This document shows positions 1-14,354 of a DNA stretch of 64,000 bases, piece by piece. The DNA comes from Lama guanicoe (Eukaryota). The translations under genes and the position numbers were made by a program. Within the stretch, counting starts at the first letter, position 1; each line of letters starts with the position of its first letter. The stretch is from positions 1,861,104 through 1,925,103 of the forward strand of contig MU054098.1 of the NCBI GenBank assembly GCA_013239625.1. The letters run 5' to 3'. A model generated the notes under the pieces. That model saw only the letters and a list, made by a program, of their open reading frames with translations, had not been told where the DNA came from and made no database searches.

Positions 1-1193
1 TGGGTCAGTGATTCCTTCCTCAGCCATGTCTAGTCTATTAATATGCCCATAAAAGGCATTCTTCATTTCAGTTACCATGTTTTTTACCTCCAGCATTTCT
101 TTTTAATCCTTTCTTAGAATTCCATTTCTCTGTGTACACTGCCCTTCTGTTCTTGCATGCTGCCTACTTTATCCATTAGAGCCTCTAGCATACTAATTCT
201 AGTTGTTTTAAATTCTCAACATGACAAATCCAACATCCTTGCCATATCTGTCTTGTTCTGCTACCTTTAGATTTTCTTTAATAGCTGGACATGATGTACT
301 GAACAAAAGGAACTGCTGTAAATAGGCCTTTGGTAATGTGGTGGTAAGTCACTGGGGTGGGGATACTGAAAACATCCCATAATCTTATGATTAGATGTCA
401 GTTTTTCAGTGAGCCTGTGCCTCTGGACTGTGAACTTCACAAGGGTTTCTCCTTTTTTTTTACCCCACTATGTGGCACAAGATGGGTACAGAGGGCTGGA
501 GTTGGGTACTTCCCTCTTCTCATATAGAAGGCTACGGAGGGCTGGAGTTGCATATTTCCCTTCCCTGTTTGGTTAGCCTCTGGAAAAAAAAAACGCCAAT
601 ATTTTAGGCTCTAGTAAAGTAACCTCTCTTGAGGGCATGCCATATTAAGAAGAAAAAATGCTCTGGCTTATTTCAAAATGGTTACATTTCCCCTAATCCT
701 ACCAATAGCACTAGGAAATTTTTCTTTGACATTTAGTGTTACAACTATGTCAAGCTCCAGGTTATCAAGAGATAACACTCACAAAAATGTGGAGAACACC
801 TTATGACTGGGTCTTCCTGGAGTTCTTAACTCTTCAACTTGTCCACACTAAGCATCCAGAAATTTGTCAATTATAATTCAGGTGTTTCTACCCTATCACT
901 GATTCTTGAAGAGGTTTCTGCTTATGGATTTCTTCTCTGGTAAGCTGATTCTCTGTATTCACCTATCCAATTTTGGGGGTAGCAGGTTTCATTTATTTAC
1001 AGGAATGTCAACAGGACACCTCAACACTGAACAGGGGACTTAGTCTCATGAGAAAAGACACAAATCTCACGAGAAATGGCACTTCACTTCACTAACGTAT
1101 CTAAGAAGAATCGTTGATTTTTCAGTTTGTTTTGCATTTTACCCGTTAGGAGGGCAACTTCCAAGCTCCTTACCTGCTGGACTGGAAACCAGA
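1..1193 (-). mobile_element. Old L1 (L1M-type) 5'/ORF1-region fragment
   Basis: Resembles antisense L1M ORF1/5' region (ttcctcagccatgtctagtcta...ggcattcttcatttc...catttctttttaatcctttcttagaattt); degenerate, no intact ORF. Confidence 0.65.
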
Positions 1194-1536
1194 TGTCTTA
1201 GTTCTTTGGGGCTGCTATAAATAAAAAACCATAGACTGGGTAGCTAAGCGAAACATTTATTTCTCACAGTTCTGAAAGCTGGGAAGTCTAAGATCAAGGT
1301 GTCTACAGATTCAGTGTCTAGTGAGAGCTCACTTCCTGGTTCACAGATGGCCATCTTTTCACTGTGTCCTCACGTGGTGAAAGGGACAAGGAATCTCTCT
1401 GGAGACACTTTTATAAGGGCATTAGTCTTGTTCATGAGGGCTCTCCCTCATGATCCAGTCACCTCCCAATACCATCATATTGGAAACTAAGTCTCAACAT
1501 TTGAATTTTGGAGGATAAAACATTCAGTTAATAGCA
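1194..1536 (-). mobile_element. MaLR solo LTR (MLT1A-like)
   Basis: Starts tgtcttagtt...gctgctataa...accatagactggg, contains atttatttctcacagttctg...gggaagtctaagatcaagg and ends cattcagttaatagca, typical of antisense MLT1A. Confidence 0.85.
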
Positions 1537-4500
1537 CCCTGAACTTTTAATCACACTGTCAATAGGCCTCAAAAATAAACCATACTCCAATTTAGAAAGC
1601 ATGTTACTTTTTCCTCACACTGTTACTGAGAGAGCAATAGTTTGGCAAAGGATGTGTCCACACATGACATCAGCATCCATGGGAAAACAATGTCATCACT
1701 AATTTCATCATTCAAGAAAGACAAATCACTTAAAAGTAAAATATCCTACAATTGCAGGACAAACTCAACATTCATCAAGTGCAGGTTCCCCAACACCTTC
1801 CCTGAAGCAGAGATCTTTTTTGCTTATGGTTTGTGTTGTTTTGTTATTTTGTTAATAGACACCATTGCTAAAGTTTTTTCCACTGCTAGGCAGGTCATAT
1901 GTGAAACATCTCAAACCCAGAGGCAGAGGGCAAGAGCTCAGGGGCCTTTCCCCACTACTGAGTAGTGGAAAGGCAGGATCCCTTTGCAAACTGAAAAAGA
2001 CTACTTCTGAATGGGCCCATTTGGACTGGTAAAAGGCCTAACAACTTCTTATGTCTAAGTCTTTATGGAAACTGTTTTACTTTCGATTATTTCAGTTGCT
2101 TAGTTTTCATTAAACTTGTCATGCCAAGGGGGATGATTGCAGTCCCAGAAAATAAGTAACCCTCCGTGTCATGCTACCTTCATTCCCAGAACTGCGTCAG
2201 ATGCCTCACAGAAGACATGTCTTTTTTCCAGCTATCTGAGGGAAGCACTTCCTTTTGAGCCAGATGCTGTATTATTAATTTCTTGGAAGACATACTATTA
2301 TTAGCAAGACTGGCCTTAAACAAAGATGGAGTAGGCAGCCTCTTGTTATTTCAGGGACAACAGGAAGGTGCCCTTTGCCAAAAATATCCCTCCAGCCTGT
2401 TCTCTGAGGCTTAACATCACTTAATGAGGACTTCACATTCTCTTTTAGAATTAGAGATAAAGATGATAAATCAGATACTCTTGGGAGAAAGAACTGGGTT
2501 CCCACAGCATTTGGCTCATATCTTGGCAATAGCATTTAACTATGTTACTTTATAATTCATCTGTTTGCATGTCTGTCTACCCCCACGAGGTTGTGAACTC
2601 CTTGAGGGCAGTGAATATGCCTCATTCATCTCTGATTCCTCAGGATTCTTACCAGTGTCTGATAGAAATCAAACACTCAGTAAACAAAATGACAAAGGAA
2701 TGAATTAATGAATAAACAATTTTATATTTACCATTATGTCTAAAGGACTGAAAAGAAACCATTTCTGGGAATAGGGGTGGAGGAGAAAACAAAAACATTA
2801 TCAGGGCCCCAAAAGAGGTGTAGGGAGAGAATAATGAGTCATGACTATAGAATGCCCATTGTTAAAGAGACTGTTATCCTTTCTTAATTCAGGGTTGCTT
2901 CATCCATTTATTTTTCAAGGCACTACATCTGTGCTGTTTGATTTAAGAAAAGAGTTAAACCATTGTCTAAATGTTTCATTTTTTAAGAAGCCGGAAAGAC
3001 CTGGCTGAGTTTGCCCCCAAGAATTGAGCTTTGCTGCTCCTTTAGAAAATTAGCTCTCACTGCAGGAAGTGATTTGTGAGCAGCTGGAGAGAAGACTAAC
3101 ATTAAAGTCAAACCCTATATGAAATGAAAGCTTATCCAAAGTCCAGGTCTGTGATGGGAAAATTAAAAATCCCAGCCTAGCTGGTTCATCTTTATGTTCT
3201 AACTGTCTTTAAAACAAGATGTGTGCTGTTCAAATGATTCAATTGTAAAAATCAGGTAGGTTCATGATATTTTTATACAAACAAAATAAAAAGAAAGAAA
3301 ACCCTAACCATTACATTTTCAACTCTTAAAATTTACCAAATAAGTCATTCATTTGGCAAGCATTTATTGAGCGCTTACCACGTGACAGGTTTTGTTTTAA
3401 GTGCTGGACATATAATAGTGAACAAGACCAATAAGGTTGTGTCCAGCCTCAGACCATCTCGCCACATTTCTGACTCCCAATCCATGTATGAGTTTGATCC
3501 CCTTGAGCCTGGGTGAGAAGGATGAGTGGTGGATGGAATAAGTGCCAGGTGTGTCTGTGTCATACATTGCTTCTTAATAAAACACAGTGTTTTTAACTCT
3601 GTTCCTTCAAAATTGCTGCTGCAAACTAGCTGTGTCATTAGAAATCAGCCTTGGTCAAGAAGAGCATAGAGGTCTCTGAGAGACTTTAATCCAGGCAGAA
3701 GAATCTCTGGCTCTGTGCTGGTGGCCTAGATTTTAGTCCTGCCTCTATCATTACCTTCCTGGGAGATGTAAGACAAATATATTAAACTCTGTGTACCCAT
3801 TCCTTCAAAGGCAAGGTATGAATCATCTTCACTGCTATTTCTATATCATTAGATGGTTTTGATGACAATATTTATATCAATAAATAACAATAGTAGTGAA
3901 CATTTGTGCCAGACAAGTGCTAAGCCCTTTGATACAGCCTCATTTAATGCTATCAACTCCATGAGATTACTGCTACTATTTTCAATTTGTTTACAGGTGG
4001 ATAACTCGGACCACAGAGACTATATAAGTTGCTAACGATCACACACTCAATGAGAGATGAAATTTGAGCTCAAATCTTGTCTTATTCTAAAGTCTGACCT
4101 AAATGCGAAAGTCTATGTATGACTAGACTATTTAACACATTAGACTGGAGTTACATATTAACACCTTAGCATAAACTAATTTATTATCTCCTGAGCTCTG
4201 GAACCTGAAGGGAAAAAATTAATTATATTCTATTTGGTGTTCTGGACCTTTCCCTCATCCTTTAACTTAAGTTATCACTGGAAAATATCTGATCACATAA
4301 TTCACACTGACACTACTGCCTAAGAGTTTACTATGTTATCCTTCTAAGGGCCATTGAACTATAACAGGAGAAATGAGCCACAGGAATTGTGAAGAAGGTA
4401 TTTTTAGACTCGGGAGTCTCTTTTAACACTCCATGTATTACAATCATAGGCAACCACTTACTTGGCCTTTACATATAACCAACATTGCAAGGCTTCACTA

Positions 4501-4794
4501 TAAATATTTGTATAAGCTGGGCCAAAGATTACAAATCAGAATCAGAGAGCATGGTTAGATGTCTGCTGTTCTAGTGCCATGCCTAATCTGCTTATATAGG
4601 AAACACTTCTTAAGCATCAACTATGTGTAAGGCATTTTTACAAGCAGCATTTCACTTGCTGCACACAGCCAACCTGTGAGATAGGGATTATTATGCCCAT
4701 TTTGCAGATGCATTAACTGAGAATTAGAAAGAGTCGTTAATTTGTCCAAGATAACATAACTAATAAGTGCACAAATCAAAATCATAAAAACTCT

Positions 4795-5270
4795 GGTATA
4801 TGAGGTTGGTTTCCTAGCCAACAGTAATTTCTCACTTTCTCCTAACAGATTCCCAGTACTGTTCCGGTAGCAATACATCTAGACCTAGGGGCTCAATCCT
4901 AAATGATTTAAGCCAGCAATGGAAATCCTATTGCTCTTTGACAGCAGCCAAAAACTGTCTAGGGCTTCTGAAAAAGGCATGGAAGGAGGAAATTCTTTTG
5001 GTGCCACGATTGCCCTGCTGCATCCTGCTTTAGACACTCTAAAGTAAGATGTAATACTTGGAACTATAGCAGCCATTTTTAAACCATGAGGGAAGACATC
5101 ACTGACTCACTGAGGAAAGCAGAGTGGAAGGATTAAAGCAGCCTGGCTCCCAAATGACATTTTTAAGATGCCAGATCAACTCTAGGGCTTCCTTCTTCTT
5201 GACTGTCCTGTGGTTCAGCTGCTATTAACCAAGCACTCTATTATTTGCAGCCCAAAGCATTTTTAACAAT
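4795..5270 (+). mobile_element. Old MaLR LTR (MLT1J/K-like)
   Basis: Motifs gatgtaatacttggaactatagcagccatttt..accatgaggg and ttatttgcagcccaaagcatt resemble MLT1J/K. Confidence 0.55.
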
Positions 5271-6479
5271 TACTATAGAGTATATGATAAGAGTTAAAGG
5301 AATGATACGCCAATTAAATGCTAGTTGAGAGCAAGAAGAGGTCCTTTAGGCTGAGTTTATCAGGGAGAGGTACATATCATAGGACAACTTGGAGCTGGGT
5401 CTTGAAGGATGGTGGACAGTTTTAAAGATAAAGAGGAAGAAAAAAAAGTATTTCAAACCAGAACGACACTTGTCTTATTCACCACCATAATTCCAGTTCC
5501 TAGTATAGTTCACAGCACATAACAGGTGCTCAATAAATATTTTTGAAATGACATCAATAATGAGCAAAGACACGGGGGCAAGAAGGCATGGAACATTTTA
5601 GACAGATAAAGAACAAAGAAAAGAGTACATGAGATGAGAAATAGTGGAAGCTAATGTAGCTTGCAGGCAGAGGATGGAGGGTTGAGGCTGTCTTAGATTT
5701 GCCCCTTTCCTTAACCATCCCTTACCTCCCCAATCCTACAATCATAACAAAATCAAACAGAAGATTTGACATGGTGACCTACAGTCTATCAAGTGTACAC
5801 TTGAGTGACAAAACAAACTAAAAGTCATGGGTCAGAAACATTACTGTGTGGCTTGAGAAACCCAAATATCACAGACAACATTAAAATAATAAATTCAGCA
5901 CCTGGAAAGTGACTAATTCTGCCTCTCAGCCTAGATACCATACCCCAAACCTCCACCCCAACAACTTTTTCTGGAGACAAGAAATATGCCAGCCTTGAGA
6001 AAGGCTCACTTTCTGCTAAGTGATTGCTTCTCTTCTGTTAACAATTTCTTGGAAAATGAGCTCTGACACCTTTAACAATATTCTTTTGCAGTTGCCATAT
6101 CAAGTGCTCTGTTCTGAGACAAAACAGCTTACCAGGAGCCATTACTTGCACAAATATTAGAATTAGCATATTAAGAATATTTTCTTCAGTGCAGTCAAAA
6201 GAGGTAATTTTATAATGTAAAATCACATATAGATGTAGTATAGTAAGCATCATCTGGAATGAGATTTATCCACACTGGAGAAAAGAAAAGGTTAAGATTG
6301 AATTGGAATGCATGAGACAGATCTAATCCTCAGAAAGTAAATTTTGCCCCTCACCGTTTTCTAATCCCCAATTCTACTCCACACCCTACACTGTCTTATT
6401 AATCTCTCTCCCTACAATTCTAGCTCAGGAAAGAGTCTGAAACTAATCCATAGCAAGAAATCAGTGACTGTTAATACCG

Positions 6480-6730
6480 ACAACTACCATTTATTGAATG
6501 CTTTTTCATGTGCCAGGTACTATTCTGAGTGCTTTACACACATTATCTTATTTAATACCCACAATCCTATGAGATAGGTGTAATTATAATCTCACATTTT
6601 ACAGCTGAGCAAAGAGAGGCTGAGAAAGGCAAAGCAACTTAGCCAGCATCCTGCAGTAAGTGGTAGGGCTTATATTTGAACACAGGCTTTCCAACTGGAG
6701 ATTTAGCTTGTCTACCATCCTATGCTACCA
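6480..6730 (-). mobile_element. MIR SINE
   Basis: ccatttattgaatgc...tgtgccaggtac...cacaatcctatgagatagg...cattttacagctgagcaaagagaggc matches the antisense MIR core. Confidence 0.8.
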
Positions 6731-6762
6731 CACTTCTACATTTGTTTTGCTTTTTAAAAAAA

Positions 6763-7228
6763 AATTTTACTGAAGTATAGTCAGTTTACAATGAATGTTC
6801 TGTTCATTTCTGGTGTACAGCATAATGTTTCAGTCATACACATACATATGTATATTCCTTTTCATAATCTTTCCCATTATAGGCTATTACAAGACATTGA
6901 ATATAGTTCTCCATGCTACACAGTAGAGCCTTGCTGTTCATCTATTTTATATATAGAAGTTACTATCTGCAAATCCCAAACTTCCAATTTATCCCTCCAC
7001 CCTCCCCTTCCCCCACCCCCAATATCCATAGGTTTGTTTTCTATGTCTGTGAGTCTGTTTCTGTTTTGTAAATAAGTTAGTTTTTTTTTTTTAGATTCCA
7101 CATATGAGTGATATCATATGGTATTTTTCTTTCTCTTTCTGGCTTACTTCACTTAGAATGATGATCCCCAGGTCCATCCATGTTGCTGCAAATGGCATTA
7201 TTTTAGTCTTTTTTAATGGTTAATGAGT
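6763..7228 (-). mobile_element. Young L1 3' end (artiodactyl/camelid type)
   Basis: gaagtatagtcagtttacaatg...ttctggtgtacagcata...tagattccacatatgagtgatatcatatggta...ccatgttgctgcaaatggc; same family as the 33763-34710 copy. Confidence 0.9.
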
Positions 7229-7267
7229 TGTTGTTGTTGTTTTTAAATGTCAGAGATAAAATCTTTT

Positions 7268-7380
7268 TTTTTGGTGGGGCAGGGTGAGGCAATTTTTAGA
7301 GGTGGTACTGGGGATTGAACCCAGGACCTTGCTGTTGCTCAGCATGTACTCTACCACTTGAGCTATACCTTCCCCCACGA
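7268..7380 (-). mobile_element. Camelid tRNA-derived SINE (Vic-1 type)
   Basis: Reverse complement reads gggggaaggtatagctcaagtggtagagtacatgctgagc...ggtcctgggttcaatccccagtacc (A and B boxes); flanked on both sides by aaaatcttt (TSD). Confidence 0.85.
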
Positions 7381-7854
7381 CAAAATCTTTTAATGGAATT
7401 TCCAGTATCAGGTGTTGAGGAGGGTGTAACTGACTTGGTATTCTATCACCTTTCAGTTCACGTTGAGTATGCATTAACTAAAAATCCCCAGACTGAGCCC
7501 ACTCTTACAGTTTTTTGTTGAGTTATTTTTTTCAAAAAGATTACTTGGCTCTTGAAATCAAGCACATAATTTGATTGGTGTTGCTGTGAACCATCTTGTC
7601 ACAAAAACCTATCAAATTGCTCATGTGTTGACTTGGGTTTGAGTTCATGCTGATTTAATAGGTCGTCTTCATTATCTGAGTCTCCATTATCCACGTTCCC
7701 AAAATTAAGAGGCTATGAGTGAAAACAAACACAAATCATTCACTAACAAACTGACCATCTATAAAATCGTCTCTACTCAAGCATCTCTTTCCGCTTAGAA
7801 TGAGCCTATGTAGATCATTATGTGGTAGATTTTCTAATATTGTCAGATATTACA

Positions 7855-8118
7855 ATGCAAAATCAATTTCAAAGTGAAACTGCAAATCTTGCAAAACATC
7901 CAGGATTGTATGCAGTAGATGAAAGTGATGATGAAGAATCACTCTCATCACATGCAACACCACTGACAACTAAAGGTCTGGCAGAGTAAGACCAGTTAAC
8001 AAGTGAAGAAAAGAAAACTAACAAGGATGATACAAAGGGAGACACATCAAAAGAAAATGATTTGAATATCAAAGTTTTAAGAAAAGTCCTTGGAAATTTT
8101 GTCCTTGACTATTTCAGT
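7855..8118 (+). mobile_element. Tc1/mariner Tigger-type transposase fossil (C-terminal fragment)
   Basis: Frame from 7855 gives MQNQFQSETANLAKHPGLYAVDESDDEESLSSHATPLTTKGLAE*DQLTSEEKKTNKDD...DLNIKVLRKVLGNFVLDYF. It resembles the acidic Tigger/TIGD C-terminus (VDEDDVEELLxSHxxxLT) and has an in-frame stop. Confidence 0.65.
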
Positions 8119-11100
8119 CTTTTAAGCTTTTTGTCCTAAAAACAGTACAAAATTACAAGTTTTGCCCATGTTTTGGTATATTTTGGTGAAAATAAACTTT
8201 ATTTTCATATTTCTATTTCCATTTTTTTTGAAAATTGGAATATATTTTCACTATCAAGGTTTGACTTGTATAGCCATCATTTTCAGTCAAGAAGAACAGT
8301 CCTTTATTCTGCTTGGAAAATTAGCCAAACACATTGCATCTTCTAAGCCATTATGGGAAAGAATGGTTGAATTTGGAGGCTTCTTTGTTTATTTCAGTTT
8401 GCAAATATCCTAGACATCTGCAGGTGCCAAATATCTGAGCTCTAAATAAGCAGGTTTGCATTCTATTTCACTTATCTCCCTTTCCAGATGTAATATCTGG
8501 CATAATACTGAGCAGTTAGTCAGGGCCAAAAAAAAAAAAGATTAATTTAATTTAAGCCCCTTCCCTGAAGATTTACAATCAAGAAACTTAGCCACTTTGA
8601 TTTCCCCAGCTTGAAAAACAGGTCCCAGTACACGTACAACTGGATACTTGTTCAAAAAAGAACTGCTAGGCTCTCTCTCAAGATGCAGTCATTCTGAGGA
8701 CTTTGTGGTGCTACAACCTATGAGGATAGAATGAGTGATTCCTGAACAATGTAACAGTTTGAGTATGTAAGTGGGGATACTCTTTAGCTTCCTTTGATAT
8801 ATTCATAAAGGGCCAAAGCATGTTATTTGTTAATTAAAATTAACATTATGTAGACATGATCTGAATTGGAAAGAACCAAAGGGTTATAACTTCCTTTCTA
8901 TCTTTTCAGAATAGTCATGTTTTTACAAATATATGGTATTTAGATGAACTAAATAAATTATTTAGTATCATTTGTGAAGTACAACAAATTTATTGATGTG
9001 TTTTAAAAAATGAAACATTTAAATTTCTTTTACTATTCTTGATGAAATGTCTGCAAGGACAGTTTTTATCCACAAACTTAGCACAGGGATTCATGACAAC
9101 CATATTTACTTAAAAATTTCCCCCTTTGAGGAGGTTATTTCATCCATGATACAGAAGGTAAAGGGGGATTCTAAAACCACTGCTACTCCTAGAAGTATAA
9201 TTTCCTCCACAGATAAGTTTTGAAAAGCACAATCAAGGCAATTAAAGAGGTTTAGACAATGATTAAGTTACCTTCCTTTTTCTTCTCAACTTCTCTGTTT
9301 ATACCTTCTCAACTGCTCTGACTGAACATTCAGTGGGATTACCAATAGTAAACATGGTACCTGTCCAAGAGGGGAACCAGACAAAATAAGTCGTACATTT
9401 TTACTCATCACTGGAGAAAAGAAATTATGAGGGAAGAGAACTTTATGACAAAAGGAAATATGGATCAAAATTACTTATACTTTAAATGGACAATTGATGG
9501 CTCCCTTTATTAAATACGTGGCATCTTAAGGGATATCGATATCTATGCCAGAAAGTTCTATTATATATAGCACTTCTCAAATTTTCTCCTTCTTCAATAA
9601 CAAGCAAGCAAAACAATTCAAGCAAAAACAAAGTCTCACTATCTATACTCACACCCATGTGCTTCTGCAGCCTCTTCAATTCATCTATATTTCCACTCAT
9701 GTAGGCGGCATCATTTAATGAGCAGTTTACTACTGCCATTTTAAACTGGGATTTTGAGATGGTTTAAAGATAAGTCAGTGTCCAAAAAATTTCAGGCTAA
9801 GATATTCAAAACTCTTACGATATCCAGAAAGTTCTTAGAGGTAATTCTTTCACAGGAGACGTTTTCTAATGCCTGTTATTTTAGTTCATGTTTCACTTAC
9901 TCAGAAGACATTCAAAGTAAATGCTAATTTGAAAAAAAAAAGCATTAGACTCATACCTCTTTTTGGCTTTGCTGTAAAAAAATATAATCCTGAGAGGAAT
10001 ATGTGCTCAGTGTACCACATGTTGAAGAAAGGGAACATTCATTAAGTTTACTTCCTGCAGAGCAAATCCTCCCACACCATTCAGTCCAGCCACAACATCT
10101 GGATAATTGGCCCCAGCCTGGTGGGAGCCCCCCACCACAGGATTTCTGGATAATTCTTGATCATTAGGCATGCAAACTCTCCTCAGTGCTCACCTTGAAT
10201 GTCTTTTCACCCTTCTGTCTCATCTACTCTCTGTAGCTTCAGCTGCTCACCAACTAACAAACCATTTGAAGAAACTTAGGATAATGCTGTTTGAAACAAG
10301 CTCTCTTTAAGAAAAACAGCAATATCCAGAAGGATCTAAAAGTGTCTTTTCCTCATGGTGAGGGAGATGAGACTCTCTCCTTCCTAGGCACTACTCTTAC
10401 GGATATGGTTAACTCAACTCTTCCTGTATAGCTCTTTGGGGCTCCAGAATGGAGAAAAATCCTAAATCCTTTTCCTACTGATATTATAAAAATGAAAACC
10501 CAATGCTTATCATTTTTAGATTGTCCAAATCATTAGGACCATAGTTTTCCATCAGCCTGCAGTATTTTATCTTTCTATACTTAAGAGAAAATTTAAGGTG
10601 TTTTCCAATCCTTACATAATTATGGAACTAGCTTATAAATTCCTTTAGCTCATAGGGCTTATTATAGCCAGTACTTTACACAGTGTGTGACAATAATAGG
10701 CTTGCAATAAATATTTACTAAATGAATGAGTGAAAGACTGACTTTATGTTTATAAAATTCTTTAGTATTCATCTGGTGGAAAGGTTATAGCCAAGGCTGA
10801 TATTCAGCTGATATGCACAGTTACAGCCTTAAAAGTTTTTAGGACTTGCAGTCACCTTTGACTGTTGGTGTTCATTGCGTTCTGGTTGTTAAATATTTGA
10901 ATATCTCTCTTAGCAACAGAATGCCATAGCATGGAGAACTGTAACTTTTTTTTTAACTCCAGACATGTTTTCATTGAGTGTTTAGGACCCAGGCCCTTCC
11001 TTCTGAATAACAGTGACTGTTTATCAAAGTTTGGAAGTGGTCAGGGATCACTGGAGAAGTGAAACTACAAGGGGAAGAAGGGCAGATGGTGGGGGTGGGG

Positions 11101-11242
11101 GTGAAATTCTCATATCATGCCTGGGTATTAAAAAAATGGAGATAAGAATGCAGAGTTACAGTTTTCCAGAGGTGAAAGTGTCAGGGACACAGGAACTCAG
11201 AGTTATATTGCTATTTATAGGTCAAAAACAAGGGAGGTCAGA

Positions 11243-12098
11243 TAGCTCTTTGAAATCCTGTTTTCATTTCCTTTGGGTATATACACAGAAGTGGAACTGT
11301 TCCATCTTATGGTAGATCTATTTTTAATTTTTTGAGACACCTCCATACTGTTTTGCACAGTGGCTGCACCAATTTATATTCCCACCAACAGTGCATAAGG
11401 GTTCCCTTTTCTCCACATTCTTGCCTGTACCTGCTGTCTCTTGTTTTCTTGATGACAGCCCTGATAACAGGCTTGAGGTAATAGCTCCGTGTGGTTTTGA
11501 TTTGCATTTCCCTGATGATTAGTGATATTGAGCATCTTTTCATGTACCTGTTGGCCATTCTGATGTCCTTTTTGAAAAAATATCTATTTAGTTCTTAAGC
11601 CCGTTTTTTAATCAGGTTGTTGTATGCCCATCAACTGATGAATGGCTAAAAAAGATGTGGTAAATGTACACAGTAGAATATTATTAAGACATGAAAAAGG
11701 AGGATATCCTACCATTTGCGACAACATGGATGGACGTTAGCACATTATGCTAAGTGAGATAAGTCAGAGAGAAGCAAGTATTGTAAAATACCACATGTGA
11801 AATTTAAAAATTTAAACCCTTAAAAACAGAATCTAATGGTGGTTACCGGAGGGTGGGAGATAAGATTGATGTTGTTTAAGGATACAAACTTGTAATGAGT
11901 AGTAAATAGACCATAGAGATCTAATGCACAGCATAGTGAATATAGACAGCAATACTGAACATTGAACTATAATCACATAATGTAATAAACATTGTTACAA
12001 TGGCAATCATATTACAATATATAAATGTATCAAACTAACCCATTGTACACTTTCAATTTACACAGCTATATGTCAAATGTATTTAATTTTAAAAAAAG
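11243..12098. mobile_element. 5'-inverted (twin-primed) L1 insertion
   Basis: ~11243-11622 is antisense L1 ORF2 C-terminus (ANRYMKRCSISLIIREMQIKTT...). ~11622-12098 is sense L1 3' end with A tail. Perfect 16-bp TSD aacaagggaggtcaga at 11227-11242 and 12099-12114. Confidence 0.92.
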
Positions 12099-13092
12099 AA
12101 CAAGGGAGGTCAGAAGTACAAGCTAAAACTGTCCCCAGCAGAATGTTTAGCTCTGCCAACCCTAAGCACCCACTCTTTATCAGCCTAGGTCAGGTTAACC
12201 ACTTGTTGCCCCATCAGCCTATTCCCCCACTTTGGACCTTATTAACATCTCAAATCTAGACTGCCAGATAAATAGAAAGTTTCAGCTTTTATCCTTCAGG
12301 GCCTACTAAATTTTCCTCTTCCAGGAAGCTAGGTGACGTTTCCTACAATTTGTGTGTCGGAGGAAAGGGATGACACTCTGGTTAGTACAGTTTCTTTGCA
12401 TGCTCAGTGAAGTCAAGCTTGCCGAGATATTCTATTTTACTTTGAAATAGAGTTTTTAAATGCTAGGAAGACTCATGCAGCATCCTTGACCACTGGTAGA
12501 CCCCCAAATATATGCCATTTTAATAGCCCTCACCTTACTAACTTTAGCTGAGGTCAATATATTGTGTAAAATTCTTGAAGTACTAAAGAAGCCTATTTCC
12601 ACCCTGACTTCAGAAACGTAAATATCAAAATCTTAAACAACAGCTCTCAGTGCTTACAACCCCAGGTTGCACCATCAGATTCAATATTGCTTGATGATTC
12701 CTTAAATAATATTCTGCAGAATCACCTTGTATATGGAAGACATAGTGCAACTTTTGACTAGATTCAATTTGACATTTTTAATGGCCCAGAAAAGGGTTCT
12801 AGATGGTGAAACAGTATTGCTAAATGTCTCCTAAATCAAAAGGGTAGTTACCAATATTAATCCTGCTCAAAATATGCAGGCAGAGAGTTCTGACCAAGTG
12901 AATCAACAGAACACAGGTGGCGCCTACCCCCAAAAATCTACAAGTCATTTCAGATACACTAACTTTCGCTCTGGAGGATTATATTAAAATACTGTGCTTA
13001 CTAATTCAAGATTATAGAGTGCAGATCCTCAAAGAGGATGAAACATTCTTGGAGTTCACCCTTCAAAATCCATTTTTAAAATGTCCTAGCAC

Positions 13093-13142
13093 TAATACAA
13101 CATTGTAAATCAACTCTACTTCAATAAAAGTAAAAAAAAAAA
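13093..13142 (+). mobile_element. Extremely 5'-truncated L1 tail
   Basis: ctaatacaacattgtaaatcaactctacttcaataaaa plus A tail is the L1 terminal sequence; imperfect flanking repeat aaaatgtcctag / aaaagccttag. Confidence 0.75.
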
Positions 13143-14354
13143 GCCTTAGTGGTATCACATAATCTCACATTACCATACTTTTGGTAAGCATTTATGCGTC
13201 AAGGGGACAAAAGAATTAGTAGCATATTCAAGCATATTCAGAGTTGACAGCAAGACACCTCTGAAAATTGTAATACTTGCAGCAGTACTAAGCAGTGGCC
13301 ATGATTATAAGATGCTATGACCCTAACTTGTTAAGACACTTTCCACAATTCCGTTTCAAACCACCACTCTCTAAGACTAATGCCCCTTCAGTAAAATAAT
13401 AATAGAGTTGATGTGGCTGGAAACTTCCCAGATATATGTAGTGTGGCTCATCCACAGAGATGCTTGCACCTGTGACAGTAATGGGGTGGTAAAGAAACCT
13501 CTTAGGAAGTGAGTAGGAAAACATTAAAATCCTTAGACATGCTGGTTATAGGAAGTGCTAACAAATTTCCTAAAGTGTCGTCCAGAAAACTGGAAGGTTA
13601 TAGGAAGTCCCTGATATAGACACCTTTTGTATGTATTTATTTATCACCCATCTCCTTCCACCAAGGATGTGAAGTCATACGCATGTATAAAAGGAAAAAA
13701 ATTGTTTAAAGAAACTGGGAAAATGGAAAATAATAAAAACAAGGAGGAAGATCAGCCACCAGAAAGGTATACCTGTGGATATATGAAGTTTTTGAAAGTC
13801 AGTTTCAAATTATGTGTTAAGCTACCTACTGGCTAAAGTGAAGAAGGAAACTTGGTCAGTTATAAAACTCACTGTGGGCAGGATATAACTATCTGATTGC
13901 AGCCTTTGCATCTACGTGCTTGAAAGTTAAAATTGTATCTTTACACGAATAAAATGTGGTCGTATCTTAGCTTCAGGAACTCGTACCCAAAGGGTTATAA
14001 TAATAGTGTCCATCCTAAATTTACTGAACACAAAGGACAAATATGTGAAAAAGTAATTTAAAATCCATAAAAATAAGCTTGACACTTGATGAATTAATTC
14101 TCAAAAATCAAAATGTCTTGCCTTACAAAAACAAAAAGCAAAAAACCTTGAAAATCTCAGCAATAGAAGTTCAGATTTTAAACCACACATTGAAGATTTT
14201 ATAAAGAATTCCATTGCTGCCAAAGAGCAGAATGTAAGGGAGAAATCATGAGGAACTACAAGGGGAAAAAAATAGCTTTTGTTACAAACTGGCCAATACA
14301 AAAGCTACAGGCTAGCCCAGAGTCAAAGGAAGAACTGAGTATTAAATTTGGTAT

